From contig OW818651.1 of the NCBI GenBank assembly GCA_942492885.1, positions 2,306,959 to 2,370,958 of the forward strand: a DNA stretch of 64,000 bases. Direction: 5' to 3'. The notes under the pieces were generated by a model, which saw nothing but the letters and a program-made list of their open reading frames with translations, had not been told where the DNA came from and did no database searches. Shown here piece by piece: positions 8,967-20,016 of the stretch. This stretch comes from an uncultured Eubacteriales bacterium. Lineage in GTDB: Bacteria; Bacillota; Clostridia; Christensenellales; CAG-138. The translations under genes were made by a program, and so were the position numbers. The first letter of the stretch is position 1, and each line of letters begins with the position of its first letter.

Positions 8967-9944
8967 ATGGGAAAACGAATTTTAGGAAACAGCAACATTT
9001 TCGTCAGCCCGCTTGGGCTTGGCTGCTGGGCCATCGGTGGGCCGTTTACGATGGATGGACATCAGGACGGCTGGGGTCAGGTGGATGACGCGGAGTCAAT
9101 CCGCGCCATCCGCCGCGCGGTAGACCTCGGCGTGACGCTGTTTGACACGGCGGATGCCTATGGCACGGGGCACAGCGAAGAGGTGCTCGGTAAGGCGGTC
9201 AAAAGCATGCGGCACGAGGTCGTCATCGCCACCAAGGGCGGGTTCACCTACGATCGCGACGCGCGCGCGCTCACCGGGATGGACTGGTCCCCCGCCTACA
9301 TCCGCCGCGCGCTGGAGGCGTCGCTCAAACGCCTCGGTACGGACTATGTCGATCTGTATCAGCTGCACACCGGAACGATTCCGGAGGCGGCGGTGGAGCC
9401 GGTGTTTGGCGAGATGGAGCGGCTCAAAACGGAAGGCAAGCTCCTCGCCTACGGCTGGAGCACCTATACGCGGGAGAACGTGGACACTTTTGCCGCAAAG
9501 ACGCGCGGGAGCGTGATTCAGACCAAAGCGAACCTGTTTAGCTACGACGCGGAGGCGGTCAAAGCCTGCGAACGGCACGGGTTTGCGTGCCTCAACAACA
9601 GCCCGCTGGCGATGGGGTTTCTCTCCGGCAAGTTCTCACAAGCCACGCGGTTTGAGAGCGACGACGTGCGCGCCTCTGCATTCGACTGGACGGAGTATTT
9701 TGCGGATGGCAAGCCAAAGCCCGCGTTTCTCGCCCGTATGGCGCGCGTACGGGATGTGCTCACCAGCGGCGGGCGCACCGCGGCGCAGGGCGCGCTTGCG
9801 TGGCTCTGGGCAAAGAGCGGGGTCAACATCCCGATTCCGGGGTTTAAGACGCTCGCGCAGGCGGAGGAAAACGCGCGCGCGATGGCGTTTGGCCCGCTGA
9901 ACTGGGAAGAGATGCAGCAAATCGAGGCGGCGCTCGGTGTATAA
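8967..9944 (+). CDS. aldo/keto reductase
   Basis: Motifs LFDTADAYG, VIATKGG and VDLYQLH are typical of the AKR superfamily. ATG 8967 is preceded by AAAGGGGA. Confidence 0.9.
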   Translation: MGKRILGNSNIFVSPLGLGCWAIGGPFTMDGHQDGWGQVDDAESIRAIRRAVDLGVTLFDTADAYGTGHSEEVLGKAVKSMRHEVVIATKGGFTYDRDARALTGMDWSPAYIRRALEASLKRLGTDYVDLYQLHTGTIPEAAVEPVFGEMERLKTEGKLLAYGWSTYTRENVDTFAAKTRGSVIQTKANLFSYDAEAVKACERHGFACLNNSPLAMGFLSGKFSQATRFESDDVRASAFDWTEYFADGKPKPAFLARMARVRDVLTSGGRTAAQGALAWLWAKSGVNIPIPGFKTLAQAEENARAMAFGPLNWEEMQQIEAALGV

Positions 9945-10016
9945 AAACCGCGTTCCGGTGAGGACGGCGCGAAAAACGCTTGCGCTCTCCCGCTCAAACC
10001 TCATATAATATCCCTC

Positions 10017-10763
10017 ATGAAACGAGTAATGGGTAGCATTCGCCGCGCGGACGAGCGGTATCACATGGTTGAAGACGGGGACAAGATCTGCATCGGCGTC
10101 TCCGGCGGCAAGGATTCCCTGTTGTTGATGGAGGCGATGAAGCTCTATCAGCGGTTTTCGTATACCAAGTTTGAGGTCATCGCCGTGATGCTCGACCTGG
10201 GCTTGAAGCAGCAGGATGTCTCCCGCATACACGAATATGCCGAGCGGATCGGCATCGACTTCGAAGTCGTCTATACCGACATCGGCAAGGTCGTGTTTGA
10301 ATACCGCGAGGAGAGAAGCCCCTGCGCCCTGTGCGCAAAGCTCCGCCGCGGTGCGCTGAACAACTACGCGGTCGACCACGGTTGCAACAAGGTAGCGCTG
10401 GGGCATAACCGCGACGACGTGATGCAAACGTTCTTTATGAGCATGCTTTACGAGGGCAGAATCAGCACATTTGCGCCCGTGACCTATCTTTCCCGCAAGG
10501 ATGTGACGGTCATCCGCCCGCTGATCTTCCTGCCGGAGAAGCACGCGCTCTCCATCGCCCGCGCGCACGAGCTGCCGATTTTGCCGCCGAACTGCGACAT
10601 CGCCGGACACACCAAGCGCGAGGAGGCAAAAAACCTCGTAAAGCACATCACAAAACTCGTGCCGGACTTTGAGGAGAAGTTCATGCACGCGCTCTCCACC
10701 ACCGAGACCTATGGATTGTGGGATCGGTTAAGACTGAAAGGCGACGAGAGTCATAAACGATAA
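10017..10763 (+). CDS. PP-loop ATPase, TtcA-like tRNA thiolation family
   Basis: PP-loop SGGKDS. CALCAKLRRG cysteine motif and a second PNCD cysteine. 248 aa. Confidence 0.75.
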   Translation: MKRVMGSIRRADERYHMVEDGDKICIGVSGGKDSLLLMEAMKLYQRFSYTKFEVIAVMLDLGLKQQDVSRIHEYAERIGIDFEVVYTDIGKVVFEYREERSPCALCAKLRRGALNNYAVDHGCNKVALGHNRDDVMQTFFMSMLYEGRISTFAPVTYLSRKDVTVIRPLIFLPEKHALSIARAHELPILPPNCDIAGHTKREEAKNLVKHITKLVPDFEEKFMHALSTTETYGLWDRLRLKGDESHKR

Positions 10764-10770
10764 ACAAAAT

Positions 10771-10796
10771 GCGCCCTAAGAAGGGCGCTTTTTTTT
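10771..10796 (+). terminator. Rho-independent terminator
   Basis: GCGCCCT (10771-10777) / loop AAGA / AGGGCGC (10782-10788), followed by T8. Confidence 0.8.
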
Positions 10797-10937
10797 ATGC
10801 CGCCAACCGCAAAAAGAACTAGGTATTCGTTTCATTCGAGTTGTTGAGTATAAAATATGATGCTATACTATTATTGATGGTTTTCGAGTGTTCATAAGAA
10901 TGAAATTCAAGACTACATTTTTCAATGGAGGTGTAAT

Positions 10938-11639
10938 TTGTTGGAACTACATAGATACATTCCATTTGAAAGTTTTGTTGATATTGTCCAGAGTAAATCT
11001 CTAAAATTTGTATATCCTCCTGTTGCGTGGGAGGACACATATGAGGGGTTTGCTTACCGCGCAATGCAGACAGTATTGGGCAGAGAAAAAATTTTCAAGA
11101 TACTAATTACCAGAGGCGTTGATAAAGAACATGCCGGTTTTTTCCTGCGCGATGGCTTGTTGAGTATTCTTCGTTATCAATGCTGGACAAAGGCAAAAGA
11201 TAATATCGCCATGTGGAGCATATACTCGTTTTCGTCAAAAACAATCATGATCACTACTACAACTGAAAAACTAGAGGAGTTAACAATTAATGGAGTAAAC
11301 AATGTTCGGTTTATGCCTGTAAATTATGTGCAGAGCCATAGTCTTGAAGATGAACTTGTTGCATTCACTCCGACGACATTCACATCAAATCTGATTTTTC
11401 AAAGCAAGCGAAATGAATTTATGCACGAGGAAGAGATAAGAGCTTTTATTGATACAGCTGGAATTATAGATAAGAAAACTCCGCTTAAGGTTCCAATTCC
11501 AAGCGTGCAAGATTTTATAGTCAACGTTTTAGTACATCCAAGTGCTCCGTTATGGTATGTAGGTGTTGTTGGAGAATTTTGTAGATTAAATGGCATCAAT
11601 TTTTCTGGTCAATCGAAATTATATAAATTTGAGTGTTAA
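10938..11639 (+). CDS. DUF2971-like protein in an AT-rich singleton insertion
   Basis: N-terminal LHRYIPFESFVDIVQSKSLKFVYP...WEDTYEG, central MWSIYS, and C-terminal KRNEFMHEEEIR match the motif order I associate with DUF2971. GGAGG RBS lies 6 nt before the TTG start. Composition is AT-rich. Confidence 0.6.
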   Translation: MLELHRYIPFESFVDIVQSKSLKFVYPPVAWEDTYEGFAYRAMQTVLGREKIFKILITRGVDKEHAGFFLRDGLLSILRYQCWTKAKDNIAMWSIYSFSSKTIMITTTTEKLEELTINGVNNVRFMPVNYVQSHSLEDELVAFTPTTFTSNLIFQSKRNEFMHEEEIRAFIDTAGIIDKKTPLKVPIPSVQDFIVNVLVHPSAPLWYVGVVGEFCRLNGINFSGQSKLYKFEC

Positions 11640-11741
11640 GGGACAATAATCAAGAAACTCGAAGTAATTAGCCTGATATTGAATTTACATATTAGCAAAC
11701 AACGTTCAAGATACCTGCGCGGTCTCTTTTTTGTATGGTAT

Positions 11742-11769
11742 AAAAAAGAACCAGTCTTGCGACCGGTTC
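11742..11769 (-). terminator. probable terminator of the rpsF-ssb-rpsR operon
   Basis: Minus strand: GAACCGG / loop / CTGGTTC (one mismatch), followed by TTTTTT. Confidence 0.5.
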
Positions 11770-11818
11770 AAATCTGCTAAGTCCTTTAGGATTTGGTGTG
11801 CTTTGTTTGCTTGTTCGC

Positions 11819-12061
11819 TTACTCTGCCACGTAGGGCATGAGGGCGACGATGCGCGCGCGCTTGATGGCGATAGCAAGGTCACGCTGATGCTTGGCGCAC
11901 ATGCCCGACATACGACGGGGCATGATCTTGCCGCTCTCTGCCGCGAATTTCTCAAGGGTACGAATATCCTTGTAGTCGATCTTCGCGTTTTTATCAGCGC
12001 AGAACTTGCAAACCTTGCGGCGGCCACGCTTCATACGGGGACGCATTTTACGGTCTTCCAT
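11819..12061 (-). CDS. rpsR: 30S ribosomal protein S18
   Basis: 80 aa, CKFCADK...IDYKD...L..F....GKI.PRR..G.CAKHQR. Conserved position after ssb. Confidence 0.95.
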   Translation of the reverse strand: MEDRKMRPRMKRGRRKVCKFCADKNAKIDYKDIRTLEKFAAESGKIMPRRMSGMCAKHQRDLAIAIKRARIVALMPYVAE

Positions 12062-12115
12062 GTTGCAAGCCTCCTAATTCGAAAATTTTGCTTCGCGGGT
12101 GTTTCCCGCAGTGGT

Positions 12116-12529
12116 TCAAAACGGGATGTCGTCGGACTGGATGTCGGTAAACCCGGCCATATCCTGCGCGTTGTCTGCGCGGACAGTGGGCGCGGCTCCA
12201 TCCTCCTGCTGCTTGGGCGAGAGAAACTCGACTTCGTCCGCCTGCACGTCCAGAGACATGCGGGTCGTGCCGTCCTTTGCCTCATAGGTGCGCGCCTGGA
12301 GTTCGCCGATGACGGCGACCTTGCGGCCCTTGCTGAGGTATCGGGCGCACGTATCACCCAGCTGACGCCAGGCGTTGATACGGAAGAAATCCGTCGGGCG
12401 CTCGCCGCCCGCACCGCTGGCAAAGCGGCGGTTGACCGCGATGGTGAAGGAGCAGACCGTGACCCCGTTGGGCGTGGAACGCACTTCCGGGTCATGCGTC
12501 AGGTTTCCGATGAGTGTGATTTTATTCAT
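12116..12529 (-). CDS. ssb: single-stranded DNA-binding protein
   Basis: MNKITLIGNLTHDPEVR OB-fold start and acidic C-terminal tip DDIPF. Confidence 0.95.
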   Translation of the reverse strand: MNKITLIGNLTHDPEVRSTPNGVTVCSFTIAVNRRFASGAGGERPTDFFRINAWRQLGDTCARYLSKGRKVAVIGELQARTYEAKDGTTRMSLDVQADEVEFLSPKQQEDGAAPTVRADNAQDMAGFTDIQSDDIPF

Positions 12530-12559
12530 GCTTCATCCATCCTTTCGTCGCGGCTTTCG

Positions 12560-12847
12560 TTACTCGCCTTTGCGGGTTACGAGATAGCGGAGAATCGCTT
12601 CGTCGTTCTTAAAGTTACGCTCGAGTTCTTTGGGAACTTCCGGCGCACACGTAAACGACATCAAGACGTAATAGCCCTCGGTCTTGTAGTTGATGGGGTA
12701 AGCAAGACGCTTTTTGCCCCATTCGTCGACGGCCGTTACTTCACCGCCGTTGGTTGCGATAATCCCTTTGAACTTTTCGACGGATGCTTTCATCGCTTCC
12801 TCTTCGAGGGTCGGTACGATGATGTACAGAGCTTCGTATTGATTCAT
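12560..12847 (-). CDS. rpsF: 30S ribosomal protein S6
   Basis: 95 aa, MNQYEALYIIVP... First gene of the conserved rpsF-ssb-rpsR order. Confidence 0.95.
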   Translation of the reverse strand: MNQYEALYIIVPTLEEEAMKASVEKFKGIIATNGGEVTAVDEWGKKRLAYPINYKTEGYYVLMSFTCAPEVPKELERNFKNDEAILRYLVTRKGE

Positions 12848-12873
12848 TCATTTCACCTCCTTATGGTCTATTG

Positions 12874-12946
12874 GCTCGGCGTCACGGCGCCGAGCAAGAA
12901 GGACGTTAGCGGAAGCGAGTATATCACAAGAAATGGCTATTTGCAA
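12874..12946 (-). promoter_or_regulatory. rpsF promoter and 5' UTR hairpin
   Basis: Minus strand: TTGCAA (12946-12941), 17 nt, TATACT (12923-12918). An 8-bp hairpin GCTCGGCG/CGCCGAGC (12874-12895) sits just 5' of the GGAGG RBS, which is the position expected for an S6:S18 autoregulatory leader. That assignment is not verified. Confidence 0.5.
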
Positions 12947-13074
12947 GGAGTTTTGCGGGGGAGGTAGTGTGGATCTGCGATTCCTCGCAACATTTTACAA
13001 AAACCAAGACGGTAAAGAACGATTTATCAACTTTGATCGAATACAGTCGCTTTCTTTGCCAAGCTTTCTCTTGT

Positions 13075-13166
13075 AAAGAAAGCGAAAAAGAACGATTTCT
13101 CGCACCTCATTCGTTTTGATAGAAAGAAAGCGAAAGGAGAACGGTTTCCCGTCCTCCCTTTCGTTG
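13075..13166. repeat. two degenerate tandem copies of a ~46-bp unit downstream of ileS
   Basis: AAGAAAGCGAAA(A/G)(A/G)AGAACG(A/G)TTTC(T/C)CG...TTCGTT repeats at 13075-13120 and 13121-13166. A third partial AAGAACGATTTATC lies at 13016-13029. Confidence 0.6.
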
Positions 13167-13170
13167 ACTC

Positions 13171-16287
<3,117 letters not shown>

Positions 16288-16329
16288 TTGGTTTCGTCTC
16301 CTTGTTCTGTGTGTCAGAAAATCATCAAA

Positions 16330-16620
16330 ATCTTGTCCTGCGGAAAACGGGTAAAAAAATAGCCCTCCGCCCCGAAAAATAGGGACGAAAAGCACGAAAA
16401 TCCGGCTTTGCGCGGTACCACCCTGCTTGGCGAAAAAGCTCGCCCGCTCAAGAACCCCTTAACGCGGGGTAAACGTCGCGCGTTACTCGGCACTTAGCCT
16501 TTGGCGTGCGCGCTCACGGGTGATACCGAATGCTCCTGCCCGCCGCCGCCTTGCACCATACGCGGCTCGCTCTTGCGGACAATTGCGGAACACGGACTGT
16601 CCCGATCATCGCTGTAATAG
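16330..16620 (-). promoter_or_regulatory. T-box riboswitch leader (Ile) of ileS
   Basis: Minus strand contains the conserved T-box sequence GGGTGGTACCGCG (16423-16411). Stem-I elements are present: GATGA/AGT, AGAGCGAG, GGTGCAA. Candidate specifier ATC followed by A lies at 16524-16522. A GC-rich hairpin plus T7 run (about 16335-16375) precedes the RBS. Confidence 0.8.
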
Positions 16621-16624
16621 CAGA

Positions 16625-16653
16625 AGTATAGCGGGTTTTATGCGATTTGTAAA
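16625..16653 (-). promoter_or_regulatory. ileS promoter
   Basis: Minus strand: TTTACA (16653-16648), 17-nt spacer, TATACT (16630-16625), just upstream of the T-box leader. Confidence 0.55.
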
Positions 16654-16954
16654 GAGCGCGCGGGGCGGAAGCATTGAATCTGAATTCTTTGATTGAAATC
16701 AACCAACTATTATACAAGTCCATAACACCAACTCATATACTCGGCAAGTCAGTGCCTTGGGGGGCAACTTATACGTTAAGTAACTAAAACATCTATTAAC
16801 TGAATTTCCACACCATGAGAACAACGATATCGTAAAGAGAGTGACGGACATTTGTCTTTTTTATCAGCACTTGGTTTGGCACATGACATATCACGAAGAA
16901 TTTCTCAAGAAATGGGGGTTATCGCGCTATTCATTATATTGTAAATTTGCCTTA

Positions 16955-18001
16955 TCATACGTTAGCTTTAACTTGAATTGGGTATACACTGTATCCATAT
17001 TTGTCAATTATATACGAAGATAAATTTTCCTGATCATTTCTATCGATAACAACAATCTGTGCTGCTCCATCACCTTGAGCACCCAGACCTTTTACACCTA
17101 ATGAAATCTCACTCACAACACTATCATTTATTAATTCGTGAAGCTTCGGGGATCTTAGATCTTCACAAAAAGGTGCAACATCAGCATCAAACATTATTTG
17201 CGCTTTTTTCATCAAAGCCCCTAAAAGATTAAGATTGCCTCTTTCTAGTGATGCCGTTGCATCATTAATAATTTCAATATTCTTTACTCCCAAAGCTTGA
17301 TACAATTTCAGATCATTTTCGTTCTTTGGAAAAGGATATGCTGCGTTTAAAGAATTTAGAATTTTCCTTGTATTTCTTTTCCCGTTCAAGTCAACAATAA
17401 TAATATACACGTCCTTTGGCAATTTGATTTCTTTATATTTTGTTGTTTCATCAAATTCGACACATATCAATTTTTTTCCTAGAGCGCATAATTGATCCAT
17501 ATGCCCACATTGCGATAACGCAAAATGCTCAGCATCATAAGCTATTTCCATTTCATCGCTGACACTAAGGTTTAAATCATATAACAAATTGTATGATCTT
17601 ATCACACTTACGCAAATTGCCGCACTGGATCCAAGGCCTATTTTAATCGGCAATGTTGTTTTGTAAGCATTCAGGTTTATACCTTTAACAGGATATCTTT
17701 TAAACATGATATAAGCTGATGCTATCGCGTAAGAAAAAAAACTTCTATTCTTCGCTTTTTGCACCAGATATTCCTCGATTAAAGGGAGGGAGATTTCGTG
17801 TTTTCGTGCAAAAGTATTAGATGAGAAAATGAGATTGTCACTTTTTTGAGCAATTGACGATATTCCATATTCTAATCCATAAATAATGGCTTTCCCAACA
17901 CTTAAATTACTATTTACTTTCCGATAATCAGCAGCCCAATCAGAATGCTCGCCGAATAAGCAAAGCCTTCCGGGTATAAAAACTTCTATTCCTGTTTTCA
18001 T
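16955..18001 (-). CDS. GHMP-family kinase (galactokinase-like N-terminal signature)
   Basis: PGRLCLFGEHSDWAADY (GalK-type GEHxDY), motif II LPIKIGLGSSAA, C-terminal GLGAQGDGAAQIV. 348 aa. Confidence 0.8.
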   Translation of the reverse strand: MKTGIEVFIPGRLCLFGEHSDWAADYRKVNSNLSVGKAIIYGLEYGISSIAQKSDNLIFSSNTFARKHEISLPLIEEYLVQKAKNRSFFSYAIASAYIMFKRYPVKGINLNAYKTTLPIKIGLGSSAAICVSVIRSYNLLYDLNLSVSDEMEIAYDAEHFALSQCGHMDQLCALGKKLICVEFDETTKYKEIKLPKDVYIIIVDLNGKRNTRKILNSLNAAYPFPKNENDLKLYQALGVKNIEIINDATASLERGNLNLLGALMKKAQIMFDADVAPFCEDLRSPKLHELINDSVVSEISLGVKGLGAQGDGAAQIVVIDRNDQENLSSYIIDKYGYSVYPIQVKANV

Positions 18002-18034
18002 TGGACTGTACTTGCCGCATTTTCATTTTTCATA

Positions 18035-18805
18035 TTACTCTTTACTCTTTTCCATGATTTCAGCAAAATCTAATGTGTTTTGGATCTTCAAAGTGATTTC
18101 TGGAGGAAAGATACCAAAATTCTGATCCCAGAAAAATGCCTTTAGCGAATCTATATGTCCAAATTCGCCTTTACTATCATAATATGCTTCTAAATTATCA
18201 ATCCAATTTACACATAATGTGCTAAACCTAATTGCATGATTCTTCAGAGGTGGTGTATAAGTTACCCACTTATTGTTTTCGTTATTCTTGAAATCAAGTT
18301 CTTCCAAAAGATATCCGAGGGAAGGAGTCATAAATACGCCAACCCAATCTGCAGTTTCATACCATGAAGCGACTTCGTCAATTGCCGAACCGACAAAGGT
18401 GTTCTTATATACTGAATACTCTCCAATGCTCGTTGCGCCCCTTATCGGAATATGACCACTAATTGATAATGGTATGATATGTGAACACAAGTCACTATGA
18501 GCAAGCAATATTTCAATTACTTTTGTTTTATGCTCCGCTAATTTTCTAAACATATCCTGTTTGTCGACAGATACATCGATGTTCAAATCTGAATAGATCA
18601 ATATTGAATCTGATATAACAATTACATGCGTATGCGTATAACAATTCCTGCGTATTGTATTGTTAAGGTAATCAATAATCATTTCAAGTTTTAAAATAGG
18701 ATTAGGTTCTCTGCGCCATATTCCCTGCCACCCTAAAATATCGAGAAAAGTTACAATGCCGTATTGCAAAGGTATACTTTGCTCTCTTCGATTGCGGTAG
18801 TTCAT
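18035..18805 (-). CDS. hypothetical protein with class-III-cyclase/GGDEF-like palm-domain motif pattern
   Basis: VTFLDILGW, then VIVISDSILIYS about 44 aa later, then IRGATSIGEY....VGSAIDEVASWYE. The order and spacing resemble FxDIxGFT ... GDxxm ... RIGxxxG....GxxVNxAxRxE of nucleotidyl cyclases. A C-terminal ~95 aa is unassigned. Confidence 0.45.
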   Translation of the reverse strand: MNYRNRREQSIPLQYGIVTFLDILGWQGIWRREPNPILKLEMIIDYLNNTIRRNCYTHTHVIVISDSILIYSDLNIDVSVDKQDMFRKLAEHKTKVIEILLAHSDLCSHIIPLSISGHIPIRGATSIGEYSVYKNTFVGSAIDEVASWYETADWVGVFMTPSLGYLLEELDFKNNENNKWVTYTPPLKNHAIRFSTLCVNWIDNLEAYYDSKGEFGHIDSLKAFFWDQNFGIFPPEITLKIQNTLDFAEIMEKSKE

Positions 18806-19767
18806 TAGAATACCTCTCTATCTAGGTATTTAATTATTGACGCTGCCCCTAAGGGCATGAACCTAGTATAAGTTTCATCTTTTTTAATTTCGTGAACGTT
18901 TTTAATGAAGAAAGGCTTGCTCTCATCATCATCTAAATCACTAAATAGATCTGATTCCGTTGTTGAATATGCTGTAATGCCAATTTCAAAATTAATTTTA
19001 TCTCTGACCAAACCTGTAATTGTTAAATTATTAAAACTATCTTCAATCGTGCCTAATTCTTCGTTCATTACGACTTTTACAGCATGATTTACATTGAAGA
19101 TACCGTTTATAAATGTATCGGGTGTAACGAAAGAAGCAATAGAAGTTTGAAATCCATAATCGCCATGTGCTGTCTTCTCGCCACGCTTTTGAAATAGTAT
19201 TTTATTATTTGCGATAAGAGTAATGTTTAATGACAGGGGGTTCGAATAAACTGAATCTTTAATATTGACAATGGAATTCGCCTTTTTTAGCATCTTGCGA
19301 AAAACATCCATCTCCTCATCAATAAACCAATTATTGTTTATCAGAGAAAAAATTGACATGTCGACTGACTCAATGTCAGCTTGATTCAAATACATAGCTT
19401 TTTGTTTTAACAATATCCCGAGGCGGTTTGCCACTTTACGACGCTCAAATGCTGATGAGAATTCTTCCAGCAACTCCGGATTCTTTCTCAGTCCATAATT
19501 AGATCCCAAAAAGGAAACATAATCGGTTGCGCACGTTTCAAGTACAAGTTCAGACTCTCCATTTCTTCTTGCCTTGATAAATTTTAGTAGAGCACCATTC
19601 CAAATGTTTTTCTGACCGGTTCTGATTAATAACTTCTCCCAGCCAATAATGTTAATTATCTTAAAAAATTCCATTTGGATATCGGTAGACTCCATAATTT
19701 GCCTATTGTTAATTTTAATATTAGAAATATTGGTGATGTCTAGCAGATCATAATATAGTTCATTCAT
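18805..19767 (-). CDS. hypothetical protein (first gene of the islet operon)
   Basis: ATG 19767 is preceded by AGGAG. The stop overlaps the next gene's start (TAATG). A C-terminal segment (FQKRGEKTAHGDYGF...GIFNVNHAVKVVMNEELG) only loosely resembles a Nudix fold, so no function is called. Confidence 0.6.
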   Translation of the reverse strand: MNELYYDLLDITNISNIKINNRQIMESTDIQMEFFKIINIIGWEKLLIRTGQKNIWNGALLKFIKARRNGESELVLETCATDYVSFLGSNYGLRKNPELLEEFSSAFERRKVANRLGILLKQKAMYLNQADIESVDMSIFSLINNNWFIDEEMDVFRKMLKKANSIVNIKDSVYSNPLSLNITLIANNKILFQKRGEKTAHGDYGFQTSIASFVTPDTFINGIFNVNHAVKVVMNEELGTIEDSFNNLTITGLVRDKINFEIGITAYSTTESDLFSDLDDDESKPFFIKNVHEIKKDETYTRFMPLGAASIIKYLDREVF

Positions 19768-20016
19768 ATGCAGTCTCCTACTCTTCAATGATATTAGGTT
19801 CAATGAAGCATATGAAATTATACCATCAAGAGTATGATAAATACCACATGAAATATGCTACGCGCGGGGCGGAAATGCGCTGCATAAGCGCGCCTTTATG
19901 CGTTTTTCTGCCGAAAACGCCAGTTTTGCCTTAACAGACGCGAAATTCTCTGATATAATCACTCATTACAAACAAAATAAGAAACCAGACAAAATTAGAA
20001 AACTAGGGATAACGCA

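Larger units (their letters stand above)
16657..19874. mobile_element. AT-rich 3.2-kb genomic islet bounded by a perfect 14-bp direct repeat
   Basis: CGCGCGGGGCGGAA occurs at 16657-16670 and 19861-19874. Composition switches from GC-rich to AT-rich exactly at the inner edges of the two copies. No recombinase gene lies inside. Confidence 0.6.

Noticed and set aside
11748-11780. tRNA-like T-arm sequence CCGGTTCAAATCTGC (possible tRNA or att remnant)
   Set aside because: The flanking bases do not form a T-stem or acceptor stem, and an A6 run precedes it. It is better explained as the rpsR terminator hairpin.
16288-16395. 36-codon N-terminal extension of ileS given in the ORF track
   Set aside because: The extension overlaps the T-box terminator and T-run. 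The MYKKVSSELNF start has a GGAGA RBS and matches normal IleS N-termini.
19051-19104. Nudix-box-like segment GIFNVNHAVKVVMNEELG in the first islet gene
   Set aside because: The key residues of GX5EX7REUXEEXGU are not conserved (His instead of Glu, no RE). It is kept only as a hypothesis, not as a functional call.
19875-20016. Possible T-box leaders upstream of argS, and of serS at 21709-21792
   Set aside because: The regions are too short (about 140 and 84 nt), and no GGTGGTACCGCG-like T-box sequence was found. Only promoter-like TATAAT/TTGACA elements are present.
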